Shown: piece by piece, positions 58,983 through 64,000 of the stretch
Layout: each line of letters starts with the position of its first letter
Numbering within the stretch: the first letter of the stretch is position 1
Source of the DNA: a virus
Taxonomy: Duplodnaviria; Caudoviricetes
Virus record (IMG/VR): IMGVR_UViG_3300011008_000012
Coordinates: 55,579-119,578 of that record
DNA: 64,000 bases
Reading direction: 5' to 3' (one strand)
Position numbers and translations under genes: made by a program
Notes under the pieces: generated by a model
The model's input: the letters and a program-made list of their open reading frames with translations, nothing else
The model's database searches: none
What the model was told of the DNA's origin: nothing

Positions 58983-61711
58983 TCATCCACCTCGATTTCC
59001 TTTGTAATGATTGAGAACCGATTTCCGCAGTATTCAATTTCACCGTTCGGATCTTGGACCGGAGCAGATATCATGTTCCCGTTCTTCCGTAAGAGATTCT
59101 GTACGATCACGTTGCCGTACATACTCCACACAAAATGCTTTGTCGCGCTGCGCCTGTAACAAATATCCAGGAGAATATCGCAAAGCTCTGTCTCGTTCTG
59201 ACAAATCGCCTCGCAGGCACGCTTGAACTCTTCGCGCATCCCGTACACAACAGAGATCGCTTCATCATCATCAATTCGTTCATAGCGGGAGAATATGGCA
59301 TAGCTGCGCAAATGGCTTTGATACTCGTCATAACACTTCTGGATGGCCGCTCGCTGTCCAGCCTTATATGTGCCACCGCTTTTCAGGATCGTATAGTCGA
59401 AATCATCCTTCGATGTTTTCTTGCCGACAAACCCATCAAACTCATCCTCGAACATACGGCAGATCTTATTCATCACACAATCGCCCGTGCCAACCGGCAT
59501 ATGGCGGTCATAGTAAAACAAAAAATCTCGTTGCCTGTCAGTCAGATCGTCATAGGGAAGCTTCTGCAATTCCTCGACTGACATCTGGAACTCACGCAGA
59601 GCATTGCGGTGTGTGTTCTTGGTATATGTATTGTACTGACGCATCAGGTCCGGATAAATATATCGCATGAAGTATGGCTTCTTGTCGGCGACGATCCTTC
59701 GCTGGAGCGCTCTCTCCTCATCGTCCTCGATCTGATTGACTGTATGCCTGTCATGCCAGATTCGCGGCATCGGTTTGGAGATGATACCCTTCGCTTTGTC
59801 TATGACGTTCTGTTGGTACAACTGCCCGCATCGTATCCTGTACGATAAGATGTCGTATTCCGGGTCCGTCTTCGCAAAATTCGAGCGGACATCGAACATG
59901 GATGTGATCCAATTCGTAGTCTTTCCAATATCGTTGCCAAAGCTCTCGATGTTCGACTTCACGAAGTCCTGATCTGTTGGAACCTTTTTCTGCGCCTTGC
60001 GCTGTGCGCACATCAAAGCCGGGAGCTGACGGTGTCTCTCAACGAGTACCTTGTTATCCGTCAGCATAACAAGGTCGCCATCACAATCAGCGCCGTTCAG
60101 CGCCGCGAGCGCTGTATCCCATGCGTTCATGATCGTTGCCGTCTTATAGTATCTGAACCAGTACATAGCATCGTCTCTCCGGCAAGGATGGACGAGCCTT
60201 ATATTGTTATGACACGTCATCGGAGCCCTGAAGCACGCCAACCGGTCAGCGTCAATGTCAGCCCAGTACTTATTGTAGATCTCTCCGGCCTTCAAGAGCC
60301 CGGTTACTGGGAGATCAAAAATGTGCTGGCACAACGCATAGGGGTCACCGGAAATAATGGAGTAGTTCCCGTGAACTTTAAGTACCCCCACCTTAGCCTC
60401 GTTGATCCTGTTCTTGATGAGCTGATAAATGGTGCTTCGCACATACGGATCATTCAAAACACGCTTATCGATCATCATAGCCTTGATAAATCCTGGCTCC
60501 ATCGACACGATGCTCTTCTCCGTCATCCCAGTGCCTCTCAGAAACAGTACCGATCTTGCCCAGTCGCATCCGAGCACACCGCGGATCTCTTCCATGGTCG
60601 GAGCTATCAGATCGGCTATGTCGTCATCCGACAGATCATAGCTCTGGATGAACTGATAGTTAAGCGTGCGTTCACTTTCCAGAAACTCAGGGCACGTCTT
60701 TGTCACACCGAACGTGTAACCGTTTTCCTCACAGTTGTTAATGTAGTCTTCGATACTGTCGTAAGACGACCATAGCTTCAACATGCTCTCTGTGAAAATC
60801 AGCTCCACATTCCGAATGTCAACCGTATTACCCCAAACGTCCCTAACGAAGTAGTTATGCGCTACGTTTTCCGCGAAATCGATGAAGTCAAAGGTGAAAA
60901 CCATACCCTTTTCAAAAGAGTATCTAGTGTTTACGCCGCTCACCAAATAATCCAGACCGAGCTCCTTGCTCCACCGTTCCGCTAGGGAGGGGAGCATCAG
61001 ACCGAATCCGTCGGATGCGTCCATGGTGATCTCTTCGTCGTGGCGCAGTTCCATTTGTGGCTCACCGTCACACTCGTCATTCAGATAGATAATATCTGAA
61101 AGAAACTTCGTCTCGCAATCGCTCACCACAAGGATTCCGTTTGGTGCCGATACCGGAATAGAAGCGCTGCATGTAAGTGCCTTATATGCCTCTAATTTTG
61201 CCGGTACAAGTTCAACGTCTGGATTTCTGCCGTTATCGATCCGCCGTCGTATCTCATCGATGTGACGTTCGCTGACGAATACGATCGTAGAGTTCTTGAT
61301 GCCGCCGTTCGTACCGAGCAGTCGCTGATATGTAATACCATTGATGCTGAAGCCTCGGCACGCCCTATGGTAATCTTTCTCGCGGTCAATGATGAGGCAG
61401 AGGTAATCCGGTTTGAACTGTACTGCGTCCAGTTTGGTATAGAGCTGCTTGACGGATTTCCGATTATGCGCGTTATTCGGTTCCGACTTGAGCCTCTTGA
61501 TCTCAGCCTTGATCTCTCTCGCTGTGTTGTCGGCATCAGTAATACCGTTAAGCTCGTCCAACCATCGGAGCACCTGACTATCAGCTAACGATATGACCTC
61601 ATCGTTTCGTCGTGCCTCGGAAAGTGGGAGAGTCAGTTTCCATTTTGCCTTCCGCAACCGTCCGCTGTGGATCTTATATATGTACTTTTGGCATGTCTGC
61701 TGTTTGCTTAT
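58979..61711 (-). CDS. YonO-like single-subunit (RdRP-homologous, two-barrel) phage RNA polymerase
   Basis: SDG.G, R....KG, FRAP and catalytic LNGADCDGD. Probable ATA start at 61711 with AGGTGG SD. Confidence 0.88.
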   Translation of the reverse strand: MSKQQTCQKYIYKIHSGRLRKAKWKLTLPLSEARRNDEVISLADSQVLRWLDELNGITDADNTAREIKAEIKRLKSEPNNAHNRKSVKQLYTKLDAVQFKPDYLCLIIDREKDYHRACRGFSINGITYQRLLGTNGGIKNSTIVFVSERHIDEIRRRIDNGRNPDVELVPAKLEAYKALTCSASIPVSAPNGILVVSDCETKFLSDIIYLNDECDGEPQMELRHDEEITMDASDGFGLMLPSLAERWSKELGLDYLVSGVNTRYSFEKGMVFTFDFIDFAENVAHNYFVRDVWGNTVDIRNVELIFTESMLKLWSSYDSIEDYINNCEENGYTFGVTKTCPEFLESERTLNYQFIQSYDLSDDDIADLIAPTMEEIRGVLGCDWARSVLFLRGTGMTEKSIVSMEPGFIKAMMIDKRVLNDPYVRSTIYQLIKNRINEAKVGVLKVHGNYSIISGDPYALCQHIFDLPVTGLLKAGEIYNKYWADIDADRLACFRAPMTCHNNIRLVHPCRRDDAMYWFRYYKTATIMNAWDTALAALNGADCDGDLVMLTDNKVLVERHRQLPALMCAQRKAQKKVPTDQDFVKSNIESFGNDIGKTTNWITSMFDVRSNFAKTDPEYDILSYRIRCGQLYQQNVIDKAKGIISKPMPRIWHDRHTVNQIEDDEERALQRRIVADKKPYFMRYIYPDLMRQYNTYTKNTHRNALREFQMSVEELQKLPYDDLTDRQRDFLFYYDRHMPVGTGDCVMNKICRMFEDEFDGFVGKKTSKDDFDYTILKSGGTYKAGQRAAIQKCYDEYQSHLRSYAIFSRYERIDDDEAISVVYGMREEFKRACEAICQNETELCDILLDICYRRSATKHFVWSMYGNVIVQNLLRKNGNMISAPVQDPNGEIEYCGNRFSIITKEIEVDE

Positions 61712-61769
61712 ACAACATCACCACCTGCAAATAATATAATTGTGTTGATATGCCCAAAATAAAAGGCGA

Positions 61770-61916
61770 TCAGTCGTCGGCGTATTCAGCAACGTATTCA
61801 AACCATTCTCTGCGAAAGCCGTCGCGTTCTCGCTCAATGAACGCTTCCACCTCCTCGTCTGTGCTGTCCATGTCTATGTATGTTTCGTTCTCGTACAGGT
61901 ATTCATTCACCGGCAT
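61770..61916 (-). CDS. small acidic hypothetical protein (about 46-48 aa)
   Basis: GGAGGTG SD; fills the helicase-RNAP gap. Confidence 0.5.
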   Translation of the reverse strand: MPVNEYLYENETYIDMDSTDEEVEAFIERERDGFRREWFEYVAEYADD

Positions 61917-63108
61917 CACCTCCGTTATTCAAAGTTTCGATCCACCCGATCAGCAGCTCGCGCATCCGTCGGCTCGGTATATACAAATCGATCGGCTTCC
62001 CGTCGCGTATAGCGCTCCTCCAGATCCACTGGAGCATTTCTCCAAGAGCGAACTCATCCGCATCAACCTGGATGCTATGGGAAGCAAAGAACTTGCTCAC
62101 ATTCGGGTCAACGAACCGATTGACCATATAAGCAATCACATCACGATCTCGATAGGCGTTTGACGCACGAGCAGCCAGTTGCAGGAAATTACCGGCGAAG
62201 CGGTTATTATCTCCATACAACTTCGGCGCATCGCTCTTAAAGCATGTCCACAGGCATCGGGAGGCGGACGATCCTCTTCGACGCCGCAGGAACGTATTCA
62301 GGTTATTTCGGAGCAGCCGCATATCCTTGTGCTTTCTATTCCGGCGATCATACCATGACTTCGACAAGGCAAACGGACCGTCTCCGATCTCGTTCATCTT
62401 TGGATCGGTTACGATATGTATGAGCTTCTGATAGTCGATCTTAGGAGGACGGTCCGGTTGATCGGTAAAGCTCCGGCCGTCGTCACTCACGCCGCAGATC
62501 TTATAATCAAATCCAAAGAAGTCAAGGTATGCCTTCTGGTACTGACCTCTGAACAAATAGGTCAGCATTATGACCTCATCGAACGCTCGCAGTATATCAG
62601 GACTCAGGACACTCACGAACGCCGTATCGAGCAGATAGAGCGAATGGCTGTCGGCCATCTCCTTATAGCCGTCATACTTCCCGGCATACTCTCCATCTCG
62701 CCAGACGACCCGGCCGTCTTCCTTCACATCTGCGAGGTAGCTCGTGATGATCTCCAGATCCTTTTTGGTGACAGGCACATGCTGCACGGTATTGATCGCC
62801 TCATCGACGATAATACAATAATGCTTACTCCGGATCAGCTCCAGAGCATCATCATCCAATAGGTAAAAGAGGGAATGGGTAGAAGCGATGTTCTTCCCGT
62901 GCTGTAGCATACGCTTGAGCTCGAAGAGCTTGGTTGCGTGGTCGCTGTCGGGTTGGTCGAAGTCGCACTGCTCACATATACGATCGACCTCCTTCAGGAA
63001 GGGGGTGATATACAGGAAGCGCTTCTCCTTCTTCCACTTGGTCATATAGTTGATGGCTGCGGTGGTCTTGCCGCGTCCCATCATTGCATCTACGACTCTT
63101 ATTTCAAT
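61903..63108 (-). CDS. SF2 helicase-like P-loop protein
   Basis: VVDAMMGRGKTT, IIVDEA and QWIWRSAIR. Start is uncertain (ATT at 63108 or TTG at 63117). Confidence 0.72.
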   Translation of the reverse strand: MEIRVVDAMMGRGKTTAAINYMTKWKKEKRFLYITPFLKEVDRICEQCDFDQPDSDHATKLFELKRMLQHGKNIASTHSLFYLLDDDALELIRSKHYCIIVDEAINTVQHVPVTKKDLEIITSYLADVKEDGRVVWRDGEYAGKYDGYKEMADSHSLYLLDTAFVSVLSPDILRAFDEVIMLTYLFRGQYQKAYLDFFGFDYKICGVSDDGRSFTDQPDRPPKIDYQKLIHIVTDPKMNEIGDGPFALSKSWYDRRNRKHKDMRLLRNNLNTFLRRRRGSSASRCLWTCFKSDAPKLYGDNNRFAGNFLQLAARASNAYRDRDVIAYMVNRFVDPNVSKFFASHSIQVDADEFALGEMLQWIWRSAIRDGKPIDLYIPSRRMRELLIGWIETLNNGGDAGE

Positions 63109-63562
63109 ATGGATCAACTCCTTTCGTTCTTCCAAAGAAATCAGTAAAGCCTGCATGGTTTGAGTGCAAATTGTTACAAAATAGTTACAAAAAGTTTGCC
63201 ACAGGGTCCGAATTATTTTGGGGTAATTGTAGTCAGCACAAAATAATGGTTGATCGTATGCTAAGCCTTATATTACTTTATAGGAAAGGGGGGTAAAAAT
63301 CCTTTATTCCCAAGGGTTTGCGGGATCGATTTTGCCACAGCTTCTGGCAAAGTTTTGTCTGCGTTCCACTATTCAGTTGTCGGTAGGGGTTACCAGCCCC
63401 GAGTAAGATCCAGAGGTAAAACCGGTTGATCCTGCTCTCTCTCCTTCGATGGAGCGCTAGGTCGTGTCATCACCTGCTTGTGTAAATAATATTATTGTTT
63501 CGATAACGCCTTAAAAGTAGAGGGATCACCCTCCGAGTAAATAATTTAATTGTTCTGACAGT

Positions 63563-63591
63563 ATAATACCACACTGGTATATGATTGTCAA
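63563..63591 (-). promoter_or_regulatory. sigmaA promoter upstream of the helicase-RNAP operon
   Basis: TTGACA-17 bp-TATTAT with an extended TG. Confidence 0.8.
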
Positions 63592-63971
63592 GTCAAACTT
63601 TTGATTTTGACGAGATTCATGTGTTTCATGAGCAGCAGCCATAGAACAGGGAAGGATGCGACGTTACCGATCCTTTTTCTTTTGGATCGTACATTCCTCT
63701 CAAACACCCACTTCAAATCAATGGTAGCTATCGTGGATTGATGGTGGAAAAGTGGGTGAAAAAGTGAAAAATGAGGAGTGTGTGGGAGATGGAGTGACTT
63801 AACCTCATGTACCGCAAAATTCGGGTAGAAAAACGATAACTACCGCCCCAAACAAGACATAGACTCAAATTGTCGAACGTCACGACAGCCTAACAGGCCA
63901 CGACAGCGACAGCGAACGGGGGACAGGGCGAAGCGGTAAAGCGCAACAAGCGAAGCGACGAAAAGCAGAGC

Positions 63972-64000
63972 TTGACAAGCAGCGCAAAATGTGCTATACT
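63972..64000 (+). promoter_or_regulatory. divergent sigmaA promoter
   Basis: TTGACA-17 bp-TATACT with an extended TG. Confidence 0.72.

Noticed and set aside
15451-62862. Many 60-325 aa ORFs antisense to or overlapping the structural genes
   Set aside because: They are shadow frames of codon-biased genes, without SDs or recognisable motifs.
1-64000. Genome-wide stop-codon recoding
   Set aside because: Genes tile densely under the standard code, all three stop codons are used, and no suppressor tRNA is present.

Overview
The window is part of a large temperate Firmicutes-type siphophage genome with SPbeta-like gene organisation. It appears to be the excised form, because attP is intact. The left arm (+ strand, 1-9985) holds the end of a replication/nucleotide-metabolism operon (PhoH, ThyX-like, dNMP kinase, 5'(3')-deoxyribonucleotidase, NrdH-like redoxin, NrdD/NrdG, two ferredoxin:thioredoxin-reductase-like mini-proteins, dUTPase), followed by xis, attP (3' half of tRNA-Trp plus arm repeats) and a tyrosine integrase. 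The right arm (- strand, 63108 to 10148) holds a helicase-like gene, a YonO-like RNA polymerase, tRNAs, a second tyrosine recombinase, HU, terminase, portal, capsid and tail genes, lysis genes, and a 2901-aa tail fibre diversified by a complete DGR (VR, double-length Avd, TR, RT). The most unusual element is a group I intron that splits the tape-measure gene and has no recognisable homing endonuclease. Instead it carries three cargo loops, each closed by long-range stems. Two loops hold antisense promoter-UTR-micropeptide-terminator cassettes encoding related basic 25-30 aa peptides. The third is a ~1 kb loop with a SHOCT/L7-L12/zinc-ribbon gene. The intron has two candidate in-frame 3' splice sites. 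All calls come from manual reading and motif recognition; no database searches or folding programs were run.
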